From the NCBI GenBank assembly GCA_963750165.1, contig CAVVPN010000004.1:224001-288000 (forward strand): a stretch of DNA of 64,000 bases, in the 5' to 3' direction. A program made the translations under genes and the position numbers. Below are positions 36,805 to 46,458 of this stretch, piece after piece (positions within the stretch are counted from its first letter, which is position 1; the number at the start of each line of letters is the position of its first letter). This stretch comes from an uncultured Gemmataceae bacterium (lineage in GTDB: Bacteria; Planctomycetota; Planctomycetia; Gemmatales; Gemmataceae). The notes under the pieces were generated by a model, which did no database searches, was not told where the DNA came from, and worked only from the letters and a program-made list of their open reading frames with translations.

Positions 36805-37240
36805 ATGAAACGGTTGCGGACACTGGCGCTGGTGGTGGCGTTCGCCGCGGTGCTGAGCCCGGTGGGCGGGAGCGGCGGCCAAAAGGGCTCCAACCTGGAC
36901 GGCACCTGGCTGGCGGAGTCGGTGATTGACGCCGGCAAGAAACAGCCGGACGCGGTCGCCAAGGATAGCCGCCTGGTCATCAAGGGCAACGCCTTCACCA
37001 TGTACCAGGGCAAGGACATCATCAAGGGCACCTTCAAGGCCGACGACAGCAAGAGCCCCAGGGAAGTGGACTCGTCCTTCGACGACGGCAAGGGCAAACA
37101 GATCGTCATTCAGTGCATCTACGAGGTGAAGGGCGACACCATGCGCGTCTGCGGCGCCCTGGGCAAGGCGCGGCCCAAGGAGTTCAGCAGCACTGCCGAA
37201 AACGGCTACGAGTTGGTCACGTACAAGCGCGAAAAAGTAA
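36805..37240 (+). CDS. Planctomycete TIGR03067-like domain secreted protein
   Basis: Signal peptide, then LDGTW...KGTFKADDSKSPREVD...IYEVKGDTMRVC...RPKEF...YKR. The natural end EK-stop (gaaaagtaa) appears as gaaaaagtaa with one extra A, causing apparent read-through. Confidence 0.8.
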
Positions 37241-37242
37241 GG

Positions 37243-37310
37243 GGTTCACCACAAAGACACAAAGAGCACAAAGAAGACTTTTGTGCTCTTTGTATCTTTG
37301 TGGTGAATCC
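37243..37310. repeat. Long palindromic REP-like element (ggattcaccacaaagacacaaagagcacaaag family), copy 1
   Basis: ~30-bp inverted arms with 1-2 mismatches, between convergent genes. Confidence 0.9.
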
Positions 37311-37315
37311 ACCGT

Positions 37316-38962
37316 TCACGGCAACGGCCGATGCTGGTAGTAGCGGCTCAGGGCGCGGACGCGCTGCACCTGGTACGCCGTCACGAACGCCAGCACGACC
37401 AGGCCCACCAGGAAAATCAGGTTGTGGTGCGGGGCCGGCAGTGGCTCCAGGCAGTGCCGCACCACGCACTGCACCGCGTACGACCCGGCCACCAGTGCCG
37501 CCGTGTACCATACCACCGCGACACGAAACCACAGCCCCGCCGCCGCGATCAGCACCGGATAGCCGACCGCCACCGGCCCCTGCCAGAAGGGATACACCTC
37601 CATCAGCGCCGTGAACAACGTCACGTCCGCGGTCGCCCAGGCATAGGGCAACAGGTCGCGCCAGCGCTCCCCCGTCAGTAGCCGCTGAAAGCCGAACGAC
37701 GCCAGTCCCCACACCACCAGCAGCCCCTGCACCAGCAGGTGCAGCCCCCACTCGTCGTGCGGGTGCAGGCGATAATTGGCTTCCACGATGGCGCACACCA
37801 CGCCCAGCGCCACCAGCCGCGCCGCCAGCGCCGGCTCGCGCCGCGTCCAGCGGCGCAGGCGGTGCATCAGGCCAGCGCACCGCGGCTCCACGGCCTCGCC
37901 GGCGAGGTAGCGGTCCAGGTCGTCGGCGACCGCGGCGGCGGACGGATAGCGCTCCTCCGGTGTTTTCTCCAGGCAGCGCAGGCAGACCGCTTCCAGGTCT
38001 GCGGGCACCCGGCGGTTCAACCGTCGCGGCCGGGCCGGTTCGCCCTCAAGAACCTGCACCAGCGTGTCCAGCGGCGACTCCTCGAGGAACGGCGGCCGGC
38101 CGGTCAAGCACTCGTAGAGCACCGCCCCGAGGCTGTACACGTCGCTGGACGGCCCAACCGCGGCGGTGCGCCCGGACGCTTGCTCGGGCGCCATGTAGCT
38201 GGGCGTGCCCAGGATGGCGCCCGTGCTGGTATGCTGACTGTCGCTCTGCAGCAGTTTGACCAGGCCGAAGTCGGTGACGTAGGGCACGTCATCCGCGTCG
38301 AGCAGGATGTTGGATGGCTTGAGGTCGCGATGGACGTAGCCCTTCTGGTGCAGCAGGTGGACGGCACGGGCCACGGCGGCGACAAGGCGGGCAGCGCGTT
38401 CCGGCTCCAGCGGTCCCGCCTTGAGCACGGTCGCCAGGCTCGGGCCTTCGATGTAGCGCATGGCGAAGTACGGTTGGCCATTCCACTGACTGGCCTCGTA
38501 GATCGGCACAATGTTGGGGTGGTGCAGGTGGGCAGCGGCGCACGCCTCGACGTGGAAGCGCTGCAGCGCGTCCACCGAGGCCAGGTGGTTGCCCAGGATC
38601 ATCTTCAATGCCACGGGCCGGTCCAGGTCCTTTTGCCGCGCCTTGTAGACGACGCCCATACCGCCGCGGCCCAGTTCCTCCAGGATTTCGTAGTTGCCGA
38701 AGTCGCCCAGGGGCGTGCCGCTGACGCCGGCGGGGCCACCCGCGTCCGGAAGCGTGGCCGTAACCTGATCGCCCGCGGCCAGGGGTTCGCACGGCGGCGC
38801 CAGCTGGTCCAGGGCGTCCAGGCATTCGAGCGCCGCGGCCAGGTGCGGGAAGTCGCGGAGCAGCTGGGCGCGGTCGGGCGCCTGGCCGCGCTGCAATCGG
38901 TCGAGGTAGTCGTTGAGGGCGCGGAAGGCGGCGTCCTCGGTCGGCGGGTCGATGGTTGCCAT
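37316..38962 (-). CDS. Ser/Thr protein kinase with C-terminal multi-pass membrane domain
   Basis: LGRGGMGVVY, VALK, HRDLKPSN, DFGLVK, GTPSYMAPEQ; ~5-6 hydrophobic segments after REPALAARL. Confidence 0.93.
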   Translation of the reverse strand: MATIDPPTEDAAFRALNDYLDRLQRGQAPDRAQLLRDFPHLAAALECLDALDQLAPPCEPLAAGDQVTATLPDAGGPAGVSGTPLGDFGNYEILEELGRGGMGVVYKARQKDLDRPVALKMILGNHLASVDALQRFHVEACAAAHLHHPNIVPIYEASQWNGQPYFAMRYIEGPSLATVLKAGPLEPERAARLVAAVARAVHLLHQKGYVHRDLKPSNILLDADDVPYVTDFGLVKLLQSDSQHTSTGAILGTPSYMAPEQASGRTAAVGPSSDVYSLGAVLYECLTGRPPFLEESPLDTLVQVLEGEPARPRRLNRRVPADLEAVCLRCLEKTPEERYPSAAAVADDLDRYLAGEAVEPRCAGLMHRLRRWTRREPALAARLVALGVVCAIVEANYRLHPHDEWGLHLLVQGLLVVWGLASFGFQRLLTGERWRDLLPYAWATADVTLFTALMEVYPFWQGPVAVGYPVLIAAAGLWFRVAVVWYTAALVAGSYAVQCVVRHCLEPLPAPHHNLIFLVGLVVLAFVTAYQVQRVRALSRYYQHRPLP

Positions 38963-38975
38963 CGGCTCCTCTACG

Positions 38976-39091
38976 GCGAGCGAGGTCGCGTCAGCGCCCC
39001 GTGTAAGTTCACGGGGCGCTGACGCGACCCCGCTCGCTGATTTTAATTCACGGGGCGCTGACGCGACCCCGCTCGCTGATTTTAATTCACG
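38976..39091. repeat. REP-like cluster: one inverted copy plus two tandem 39-bp units (cacggggcgctgacgcgaccccgctcgc)
   Basis: gcgagcgaggtcgcgtcagcgccccgtg (38976-39003) pairs with 39010-39037; unit 39008-39046 is exactly repeated at 39047-39085. Confidence 0.9.
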
Positions 39092-39717
39092 TTAGCCACG
39101 ACTGCGCTGACCGCAGCGCGGCCAGCGCCTCTTCCAGTTTTTGCAGCGCCCGCATCCACAGCATTTGCACCGCTGGGCGCGAACGGCCCATGCGCTCGGC
39201 CACCTCCTGGAACGACAGCCGTTGCAGGTTGCGCAGCTGAATAACCTCGCGGTAGTCCGGCGGCAGCCCCGCCAAAGCGTCGGCGATTTGCAACTCGCGC
39301 TCCTGGCGCAGCAGTTGCTGGCTGGGCGATTCGCCGGGGTCGGCCACATCGCTGGGGCCGGCAGCGCGGCCGCCCTCCGAACCGCCCAGCGGCAGCTCGC
39401 GGCCGACGCGGCGCTTGCCCGCCGTCTGGTAGTAGCGCACGTAGTTGGCGGCGTTGTGCGCCAGGATGCGCCGCAGCCACGCCAGCCACTCCGCCTCGGT
39501 GCTGCCGCGGAAGTGGCCGAAATCGCGGTACGCCTCCAGCAGCGTTTGCTGCACCAGGTCCGACGCATCCACCTTGCGCGCAACCACGGCTCGACGTGGG
39601 CACGGGCCATCAACGCCAGGTAATTGCGGCACGTCTCGAACAACCGGTCCAGGTGCTCCGGGGCGTTGCCGCGCGCCGCGCCAGCAGGTCGGCCACGCTC
39701 AGGCTCGGGTTGCTCAT
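39087..39717 (-). CDS. ECF sigma-70 factor, planctomycete kinase-associated type (TIGR02984-like), two 1-nt frameshifts (~39675, ~39576)
   Basis: Repaired reading MSNPSLSVADLLARARGNAPEHLDRLFETCRNYLALMARAHVEPWLRAKVDASDLVQQTLLEAYRDFGHFRGSTEAEWLAWLRRIL...SPSQ...LPPDYREVIQLRNLQRLSFQEVAERMGRS. Confidence 0.9.
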
Positions 39718-39832
39718 GGCCGCGGTCCCGCGGGGAAATTGCTCCGTCCGGCGCAATCGCTTTGCGCCCCCATCTCGTCTATCAGATGAGGCCCCCGTTT
39801 CCAAGCGTTTTCCCATCGTCCGAGGTACACGC

Positions 39833-40987
39833 ATGTTCCCATCGAACCTCTTCCGTAGCGCGGCCGTGCTGGCGGTCGCCACCCTGCTGACCGGCGCCGT
39901 TCGCGCCCAGGACCGGCCGCAAAAGCAAGCGGATCGGCCGCACGTCGAGGTCGTGTTCGTCCTGGACACGACCAGCAGCATGACCGGCCTGATCGACGCC
40001 GCCAAGCAGAAAATCTGGGCCATCAGCAACCAGATCGCCGGCGGCAAGCCAACGCCGCACGTCAAGATCGGCCTGGTCGCCTTCCGCGACCGCGGCGACG
40101 CCTACGTCACCAAGGTCATCGACCTGACCGACGACCTCGACGCCATCCACGGCCATCTGATGGGCTTCAAGGCCGAGGGCGGCGGCGACACCCCCGAGAG
40201 CGTCAACCAGGCCCTCAACGAGGCCGTCACCAAGATCACCTGGAGCAAGCATAAAAAGACGCTGAAGCTGATCTTCCTCGTCGGCGATGCGCCGCCGCAC
40301 ATGGACTACAAGGACGATGTGAAGTACCCGGTGAGCTGCCAGCTGGCGGTCAAGAACGACATCCTCATCAACACGGTGCAGTGCGGCAACCACGCCGAGA
40401 CGAAGAAATACTGGCAGGAAATTTGCCGGCTGGGCGAGGGCTCGTACGTGCAGATCGACCAGGGCGGCGGCCCGGTGGTGGTGGTGGCGACGCCGTTCGA
40501 CAAGGATCTGGCGAAGATCAACACCGAACTGGCCACGACGACGCTGTGCTATGGCAACGCCGTGTTGCAGGCCGCGGGCAAGAAGAAGACGGATGCGGCC
40601 AAGGGGTTGGCGGCGCCGGTCGCGGCGGAGCGGGCCGGCTTCGCGGGCAAGTCCGGCATGGCCGCGAGCTATGACCTGCTCGACGCCATCAAGAGCGGCA
40701 AGGTCAAGCTCAAGGACCTGAAGGAGAGCGAACTGCCCGAGGAAATGCGCAAGCTGAAACCGCAGGAGCGCGAGGCGTTTTTGGCCAAGGCCGAGAAGAC
40801 GCGGGCGGACCTGCTGACGCGGGCGGCCGACCTGGACAGGAAGCGCGGCAAGTTCATCGCCGACAAGATGGCCGCGGACAAGACGAACAAGGGCCGCGAC
40901 AGCTTCGACAGCCAGGTGCTGCAAATCCTCGCCCGCCAGGCGACGCGCGCCAACATCCAGTACGCCATCGAGGCCAAAAAGAAGTAA
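39833..40987 (+). CDS. Secreted von Willebrand factor A domain protein
   Basis: Signal peptide ending VRA-Q; MIDAS-like VFVLDTTSSM, GLVAFRD, GGGDTPES, FLVGDAPPH. Confidence 0.9.
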   Translation: MFPSNLFRSAAVLAVATLLTGAVRAQDRPQKQADRPHVEVVFVLDTTSSMTGLIDAAKQKIWAISNQIAGGKPTPHVKIGLVAFRDRGDAYVTKVIDLTDDLDAIHGHLMGFKAEGGGDTPESVNQALNEAVTKITWSKHKKTLKLIFLVGDAPPHMDYKDDVKYPVSCQLAVKNDILINTVQCGNHAETKKYWQEICRLGEGSYVQIDQGGGPVVVVATPFDKDLAKINTELATTTLCYGNAVLQAAGKKKTDAAKGLAAPVAAERAGFAGKSGMAASYDLLDAIKSGKVKLKDLKESELPEEMRKLKPQEREAFLAKAEKTRADLLTRAADLDRKRGKFIADKMAADKTNKGRDSFDSQVLQILARQATRANIQYAIEAKKK

Positions 40988-40997
40988 CGCCCAAACG

Positions 40998-41097
40998 GGA
41001 TTCACCACAAAGACACAAAGAGCACAAAGAAGACAGAAGATTGGTTTTTCAATTCTTTTTGTCTTCTTTGTGCTCTTTGTGTCTTTGTGGTGAATCC
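40998..41097. repeat. Long palindromic REP-like element, copy 2 (perfect 38-bp arms)
   Basis: ggattcaccacaaagacacaaagagcacaaagaagaca ... tgtcttctttgtgctctttgtgtctttgtggtgaatcc, between convergent vWA and aat genes. Confidence 0.95.
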
Positions 41098-41101
41098 GTA
41101 T

Positions 41102-41788
41102 TTAGGGATCGACGAAGCGCACGTCCTTCGTCAGCGCCCGCCGCAGTCGCCGCAGATACTCCGCCCGGGGAATCTCCGTCGCGCCCATCCGCGTCGTGTG
41201 TTCCGTCACCAGCTGGATGTCGCACAACTCGAAGCCGCGCTCGCGCAGCCGCTCCACCGTGAACACCAGCGCCACCTTCGACGCATCTGTTTCGCAGTGG
41301 AACATCGATTCGCCCGCGAACAGGCCGCCCATCGCCACACCGTACAGCCCGCCCGCCAGCCGGCCAGAGCGCCACACCTCGACGCTGTGGGCGTGGCCCA
41401 GCGCGTGCAACCGTTCGTAAGCGCTCAGCATGGCCGCCGTGATCCAGGTGCCCTCGACACGGTCGGCACAACCGCGCATGACGCCGGCGAAGTCGCGATT
41501 GACGGTGACGCTGAAACGGCCGGAGCGAAGGGTGCGCCGCAACCGGCGCGAGACGTGCAGGCCGTCCAGTTCGATGACGCCGCGCGGGTCCGGCGACCAC
41601 CAATGAACGGGCTCGTGCTCATCGAACCAGGGGAAGACGCCGTGGCGGTAGGCGCGCAGGAGCCATTCGGGCCGCAGATCGCCGCCGACCGCGACCACGC
41701 CCCAGGCGTCCGCCCGGGACGGATCGAGGTCGCGCGGCGAAAAGCGCGTAATGCCGAGCAAGCGGAGGATGGTTTCGAGCGCAGGCAA
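41102..41788 (-). CDS. aat: Leucyl/phenylalanyl-tRNA--protein transferase
   Basis: GGDL..LLRAYRHGVFPWF, WWSPDPRGV, AHSVEVW, GGLYGVAMGGLFAGESMFH, DASKVAL. Confidence 0.95.
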   Translation of the reverse strand: MPALETILRLLGITRFSPRDLDPSRADAWGVVAVGGDLRPEWLLRAYRHGVFPWFDEHEPVHWWSPDPRGVIELDGLHVSRRLRRTLRSGRFSVTVNRDFAGVMRGCADRVEGTWITAAMLSAYERLHALGHAHSVEVWRSGRLAGGLYGVAMGGLFAGESMFHCETDASKVALVFTVERLRERGFELCDIQLVTEHTTRMGATEIPRAEYLRRLRRALTKDVRFVDP

Positions 41789-41794
41789 GGCCGG

Positions 41795-42376
41795 TCAATG
41801 CCCCAGGACGATGACTTCCTGGCCCGGGTCCACCTTCACTTCCCGAATCGACCGCATCACCGCCCGCTGAAGTTGCCGCTGTTCCCGGTACGTGAGCGGC
41901 ATCGGCGGTTTGAAAAACAGAGCGGCAATCTCGGCGGCCTGCCGGTCAGGCGTCAGTTGCGCCCCCTTGGTCTTCTTCGGCTCCTTGCCGGCCTCGTAGC
42001 CGCGCTCCTTGTCCTTGCTCTTGCGCACAATGATCCAACCGTCGTAGCGGTCGCCGTTCTTCGACAGCACGATGTAGCCGAACTCGTACTTGTCGCTCAG
42101 GTCGTTGAGGATTTTCTCCAGCGTCTGCTCCTTGGCGGTGTAGCTGATCTTGGAGTTGTTGGAGATGCCGGAGACGTTGTCGATCTTGATGCCGAGGCGA
42201 TTGTTGAACTCGCGCTTGATCTCGCCCATGGCCTCCCGCATGGGGAGTTCCTTGAACTCGATCGTGATCTTTTCCTTCAATTTCTTGCGCGTGGCCTTGG
42301 CCGCGGGCGTGTCCTGGCCCAGCAGCGGCCCGGCACAGACGCCGAGCACGATGACGCTTGCGAGAAGACAGCGCAT
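41795..42376 (-). CDS. Hypothetical secreted Lys-rich protein (N-terminus reminiscent of STN-like modules)
   Basis: Signal peptide MRCLLASVIVLGVCAGPLLG; good codon bias; KITIEFKELPMREAM...TLEKILNDL pattern. Confidence 0.65.
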   Translation of the reverse strand: MRCLLASVIVLGVCAGPLLGQDTPAAKATRKKLKEKITIEFKELPMREAMGEIKREFNNRLGIKIDNVSGISNNSKISYTAKEQTLEKILNDLSDKYEFGYIVLSKNGDRYDGWIIVRKSKDKERGYEAGKEPKKTKGAQLTPDRQAAEIAALFFKPPMPLTYREQRQLQRAVMRSIREVKVDPGQEVIVLGH

Positions 42377-42481
42377 ACTCACTCCTCTCATCAAAAGGAA
42401 ACGCTCCCCCAGCCGCGTTGGTTGCTCATCCTACCAAACCTTGGTCGCGGTTGCCAACCGGTTGGTTCCGCCGCGTTCTTC

Positions 42482-42513
42482 CTCCCCTCGCCCCCTGAAG
42501 GGGGCGCGGGGAG
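42482..42513. repeat. Short copy of the ctcccctcgccccctgaagggggcg.ggggag palindrome family
   Basis: Hairpin directly after the HEAT gene stop; same family as 60551-60630. Confidence 0.75.
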
Positions 42514-43737
42514 TCATTTTGTCGGCGCCATCCGCTCCAGTGCCCGCGCCGCCGCCTGTCGCACCGCCTCCTCCGGATCTTTGAGCGCCCGCGTCAGCGC
42601 CGCCGTCGCGGGCTGGGCCGCCGGGCCGAGCTGCCCCAGCGCCCGCGCCGCCCACACCCGCGCGGCCTGAATGCCGCCGCGCAGCAACTTCACCAGCTGC
42701 GGCACCGAGTCCGCAGGGAAACCCTCGCGGTCGATCTCCTCCAGGGCCCGGGCCGCCCCTTCACGCAGCCGCTGCTGGCCCGACGCCAGTGCCTCGAACA
42801 ATGCGGGCGCCGCCAGCACGTTCAGGCCCACCAGCGCCAGCACTGCCCAGTCACGCACCTCGGCGTTGTCGTCGTCGAGGGTTTCCACCAGGGCGGCCAG
42901 CGCCGGCTTCGCGGCCGGGCCGATCTCGCCCAGCACCTCCGCCGCCTCCAGGCGCACGTTCGCGTCCGGGTCGCGCAGCGCCTGCACCAACCCCTTGACG
43001 GCACCCGGCTCGTCATGCGCCAGCGCCCCCAGCGCCCGCGCCACCTGCGTCCGCACCTCGGCGTCCCGGTCCTTGAGCGCCTTGCGCAGCGCCGGCGCCG
43101 CCGCCACGGCCCGGCTGCCCATCTCCGCCAGCGCCTGCGCCGCCGACTGCCGCACACGCGCCTCCTTGCTGCCCAGCGACCGCACCAGCGTCTCGACAAT
43201 GCTCGGATGGATGACGCTCAGCGCCCGCGCCGCCGCCGCCTGCACGTCCTCCTCGGAATCCTGCAACCGCTCCAGAAGGGCCGGCACCGCCTTCTCCGCG
43301 GCCAGCCCGATGTGGCCCAGCGCCACCGCCGCCTGCCAGCGAATGTACTTGGTGGGGTCGGACAGCGCCTGCGTCAGCGCCGGCACCGCTCGCCGCGCCG
43401 CCGGCCCGATGCGACCCAGCGACTCCGCCGCCTGCTGGCGGATGAAGTCCCGGTCGTCCGTCAGCGCGGCGCACAACTTCGGCACGGCGGGACGCGCCCG
43501 GCTGCCGAGCCGGCCCAGCGACTCCGCGGCCTGGCGACGCACCAGCTCGTTCCTGTCGCCCAGCGCCTGCGTCAGCGCGGCCACCGCTTCCCGCACCGAC
43601 GTGCCGCACTGGCCCAGCGCCAGCGCTGCCTGCCGCCGCTGCGCCGCCTGCGGGCCGGCCAGCAGGTCGATCCACTGCCGCGGCGTCTTGTTGTGGGGGA
43701 AGGTTTTTTCGACAGTCGTGCTCGGGCCGGTGGCCAT
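42514..43737 (-). CDS. HEAT (PBS lyase-like) repeat protein
   Basis: About 11 repeats of VR..AA.ALG.IG..A..AVPAL...L.D. Confidence 0.92.
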   Translation of the reverse strand: MATGPSTTVEKTFPHNKTPRQWIDLLAGPQAAQRRQAALALGQCGTSVREAVAALTQALGDRNELVRRQAAESLGRLGSRARPAVPKLCAALTDDRDFIRQQAAESLGRIGPAARRAVPALTQALSDPTKYIRWQAAVALGHIGLAAEKAVPALLERLQDSEEDVQAAAARALSVIHPSIVETLVRSLGSKEARVRQSAAQALAEMGSRAVAAAPALRKALKDRDAEVRTQVARALGALAHDEPGAVKGLVQALRDPDANVRLEAAEVLGEIGPAAKPALAALVETLDDDNAEVRDWAVLALVGLNVLAAPALFEALASGQQRLREGAARALEEIDREGFPADSVPQLVKLLRGGIQAARVWAARALGQLGPAAQPATAALTRALKDPEEAVRQAAARALERMAPTK

Positions 43738-43839
43738 GAGTCCTCCGCGGGGTCCAGTCGGGGCTGCCTGGGGGTTCACGTAAAGGCAATATTATGGCAA
43801 ATCGCCGGGGAACCAATGTGGCACCTGGAGTCGCCGGCT

Positions 43840-43913
43840 GGCGGCGGTTGTCAGAGCAAGGGGGCCAAGGAGGCCAAGGGGGCCAACTTTTTCATACGTC
43901 GAGAATTGGCACC
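43840..43913 (+). repeat. Dispersed 74-bp intergenic repeat, copy 2
   Basis: 63/74 identical to 507-580; lies between the divergent HEAT and histidine kinase genes. Confidence 0.85.
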
Positions 43914-44008
43914 CTGGCTCGCCCGGCCGCGAAACGCCATAGCCCAGTTTTGGGCCGCCGGGTACAATGCCGTGCGCCGGACGCGAACAGAATCTCGGAG
44001 ACGCACGG

Positions 44009-45463
44009 ATGGACACCCCTTACCCATTTCGCCTGCCGCGCATGCTCCTGCTGCTGAGCTGCCTGCCGCTGCTCGTCGGCGGCCTCGCTGCCTGGGAACT
44101 GCATTCCACCCAGTGCAATGCCTCGGAGGTGATGGCCATCAACGCCCGCAGCATGCGCGCCGCCGAGGAGCTGGCCATCGGCATCCGCGACATCCAGGCC
44201 GAGCTGAATCGCTTCCTGGTCAGCGGCGACGCCACCGCCTTCGCGAAAATCACCGCCCTGCGCCGCGACACCGATTACTGGTTGGCGGAGGCCCGCCGCA
44301 CCGCGATCACCGCCTGGGAGGTCCGCCTGATCGACCGGCTCACGCGCGGCTACGAGCACTTCTTCGGCGAACTGGCCCGCCTCGAGCAACAGCCGCCGGG
44401 CGATCAATTGCAGGCCGTGCGCGGCCTGATCGCGCGGCGCGACGACCTGCTCAAGCCGGTGCAGGAATACCTGGATTTCAACGAGGTGGAGATCCAGCGC
44501 ATCAGCGAGGAGAACCGGCAACTCGGCGACCGCATGTCCATTGGCCTGTTGCTGCTGGGCGTGTGTGGGCCGCTGGGCGGGCTGGTGGTGGGCTACTGCG
44601 TGGCCCGGGCGGTCAACCGCTCACTGGTGCGGCTCAGCGTGCCCATCCGCGACGCGGCCGGTAAGCTGGACGAGGTGGTCGGGCCAATCACCGTCTCGAC
44701 CGGCAGGGGCCTGGACGACCTGGAGGCAGTGCTGCGGCAGCTGGCCGGCCAGATCGGAGCGGTGGTGGCACGGCTGCAGCAGAGCCAGCGCGAGGCGCTG
44801 CGGGCCGAACAGCTGGCGGCCGTCGGCCAGATCGCCGCCGGCTTCGCCCATGAGCTGCGCAACCCGCTCATGTCCATGAAAATCCTGGTGCAGGCGGCCG
44901 GCGAGGGCGCCGGTCTGACACCGCGCGACCTCGGCGTGCTGGAGGAGGAGATCACACGGCTGGAGCACCTGACCGCCACCTTCCTGGACTTCGCCCGACC
45001 GCCGCGGCTGGAGCGCCGTCCCTTCCCGGCGCAGGCGCTGCTGGAGGACACCATCGACCTGATGGCCTGCCGGGCTGGCCAGCGCGACGTGCGCCTCGAA
45101 CACGCCTTCCCCGCCGGGTCGCTCTGGGTCGAGGGCGACGCCGGCCAGGTCCGGCAGGTGATGTTGAACCTGCTGCTCAACGCCCTGGAGGCGGTGCCCG
45201 ATGGCGGCACCGTCACGCTGCAACTGACGGCCGAGGAGCCGCGCTGGGTCGCCATCCGCGTCGCGGACACGGGGCCGGGGCTGCCGGCCGGGCTGGAGCA
45301 GGATATTTTCACGCCGTTCGTCAGCACCAAGCCAACCGGGCTCGGTTTGGGGTTGTCGATCTCGCGGCGGATCGTGGAGGCGCACGGCGGCGAACTCACG
45401 GCGGCCGACCAGCCCACGGGCGGCGCGGTGTTTTGCGTGCGGTTGCCCGGCTGTGCGGCGTAG
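44009..45463 (+). CDS. Membrane sensor histidine kinase (NtrB-like HisKA/HATPase)
   Basis: Two TM helices flanking a helical periplasmic domain; H-box FAHELRNPL, N-box NLLLNALEA, DTGPG, FTPFVSTK, GLGLGL. Confidence 0.93.
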   Translation: MDTPYPFRLPRMLLLLSCLPLLVGGLAAWELHSTQCNASEVMAINARSMRAAEELAIGIRDIQAELNRFLVSGDATAFAKITALRRDTDYWLAEARRTAITAWEVRLIDRLTRGYEHFFGELARLEQQPPGDQLQAVRGLIARRDDLLKPVQEYLDFNEVEIQRISEENRQLGDRMSIGLLLLGVCGPLGGLVVGYCVARAVNRSLVRLSVPIRDAAGKLDEVVGPITVSTGRGLDDLEAVLRQLAGQIGAVVARLQQSQREALRAEQLAAVGQIAAGFAHELRNPLMSMKILVQAAGEGAGLTPRDLGVLEEEITRLEHLTATFLDFARPPRLERRPFPAQALLEDTIDLMACRAGQRDVRLEHAFPAGSLWVEGDAGQVRQVMLNLLLNALEAVPDGGTVTLQLTAEEPRWVAIRVADTGPGLPAGLEQDIFTPFVSTKPTGLGLGLSISRRIVEAHGGELTAADQPTGGAVFCVRLPGCAA

Positions 45464-45479
45464 CGCTGGGAACGCGACG

Positions 45480-46289
45480 CTACGCCGCAAGCGACGGCCT
45501 TGGATAATTCAGAACGCACGCATCTGGCACGACGGTGCGCAGCAGGTACGCCTGCCCCGCACAGGACAGCCGCGTCTGCACGGCGCCGAAGCCGGCGCGT
45601 TCCAGCCGGGCCGTCACCTCGGGCAGCGGCAAATAATGGAAGCGGCCGCGCCGCGCTTTGCGCCGCAGCCAGCGGCCGTGCCGCAGCATCGCCAGCGCAT
45701 TCAGCAGCACTCGCCCCGGCTTCGACAGGCGAAACGCCCCGCCCAGCGACCACCAGAACAATCGCCCGAAGCGCGGCCGCGGCACGTTCACCGAGAACAC
45801 CAGCCGGCCGCCCGGCCGCAGCACGCGCCGCAGTTCCACCAGCAACTGGTTGTAAGCCGCGTCGGTATACTTGCCCGTTTCCGGGTCTCTGGACTCCGCG
45901 TAACTGACGGCCAGCCCCGAGACGACACCGTCAAAGAAAGCATCGGGGTACTGCGGCAGACCGTGACTGAAGTCCGCCGGCACGAAGAGCCACTGGCCCG
46001 GCTTCGGCGACGGGTGCAGCCGCGTCCGCAGCTTGGCCAGCGCCCCGGCGTTGACGGCGTTACAGTCCTGGGCGACGATCTGGGCCAACTGGGCGTGGCC
46101 GCGTCGCCACAGTTCGCCGCTTAGCTGGCCGGAGCCGCAGCCCAGGTCCAGCCAACGTTCGCCCGGCTGTGGGTCGAGCCAGTCGGCCGTGTCGCGCAGC
46201 AGTTCCTGGTAGGGCAGCGCCCAGCGCTGGTCCCAGAAGGCGCGGGCGCGGGATTCGTCAAACCAGTGGTTGGCGTCGGCGTGCGACAT
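45480..46289 (-). CDS. Class I SAM-dependent methyltransferase
   Basis: WLDLGCGSG, FDGVVS, RRVLRPGGRLVF. Confidence 0.88.
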   Translation of the reverse strand: MSHADANHWFDESRARAFWDQRWALPYQELLRDTADWLDPQPGERWLDLGCGSGQLSGELWRRGHAQLAQIVAQDCNAVNAGALAKLRTRLHPSPKPGQWLFVPADFSHGLPQYPDAFFDGVVSGLAVSYAESRDPETGKYTDAAYNQLLVELRRVLRPGGRLVFSVNVPRPRFGRLFWWSLGGAFRLSKPGRVLLNALAMLRHGRWLRRKARRGRFHYLPLPEVTARLERAGFGAVQTRLSCAGQAYLLRTVVPDACVLNYPRPSLAA

Positions 46290-46385
46290 GTGATCCGCTC
46301 TCCGGCGGGGAAGATGGCGTCCGTGCTGGACTCGGAGTATAGCGCAAGGGCGTGGGATAAGGCAAGCGGAAGCGGTCGGCGAGCG

Positions 46386-46448
46386 GTGGCACGGTCAGGA
46401 GACCGTGCCACAACAGTATCCGCACGACAGGCGGGCCGCCTGTCCCAC
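46386..46448. repeat. Two adjacent short REP-like hairpins
   Basis: gtggcacggtc-agga-gaccgtgccac (46386-46411, perfect 11-bp stem) and gacaggcg-ggc-cgcctgtc-ccac (46426-46448). Confidence 0.75.
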
Positions 46449-46458
46449 GAAAGAAAGG

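Noticed and set aside
37241..37614. C-terminal extension of ORF 36766-37614
   Set aside because: Read-through from one extra A at gaaaaagtaa; runs through a palindrome and overlaps the kinase antisense.
39008..39091. Mini CRISPR array
   Set aside because: Units are exact tandem copies with no unique spacers, and no cas genes are present.
507..43913. Diversity-generating retroelement TR/VR pair (aac->ggg differences between the 74-bp copies)
   Set aside because: Mismatches include C and T positions, both copies are intergenic, and no reverse transcriptase is in the window.
43818..43925. Sigma-54 promoters at tggcac motifs
   Set aside because: GG-to-GC spacing is 11 nt rather than the required 10, and TTGC is absent.
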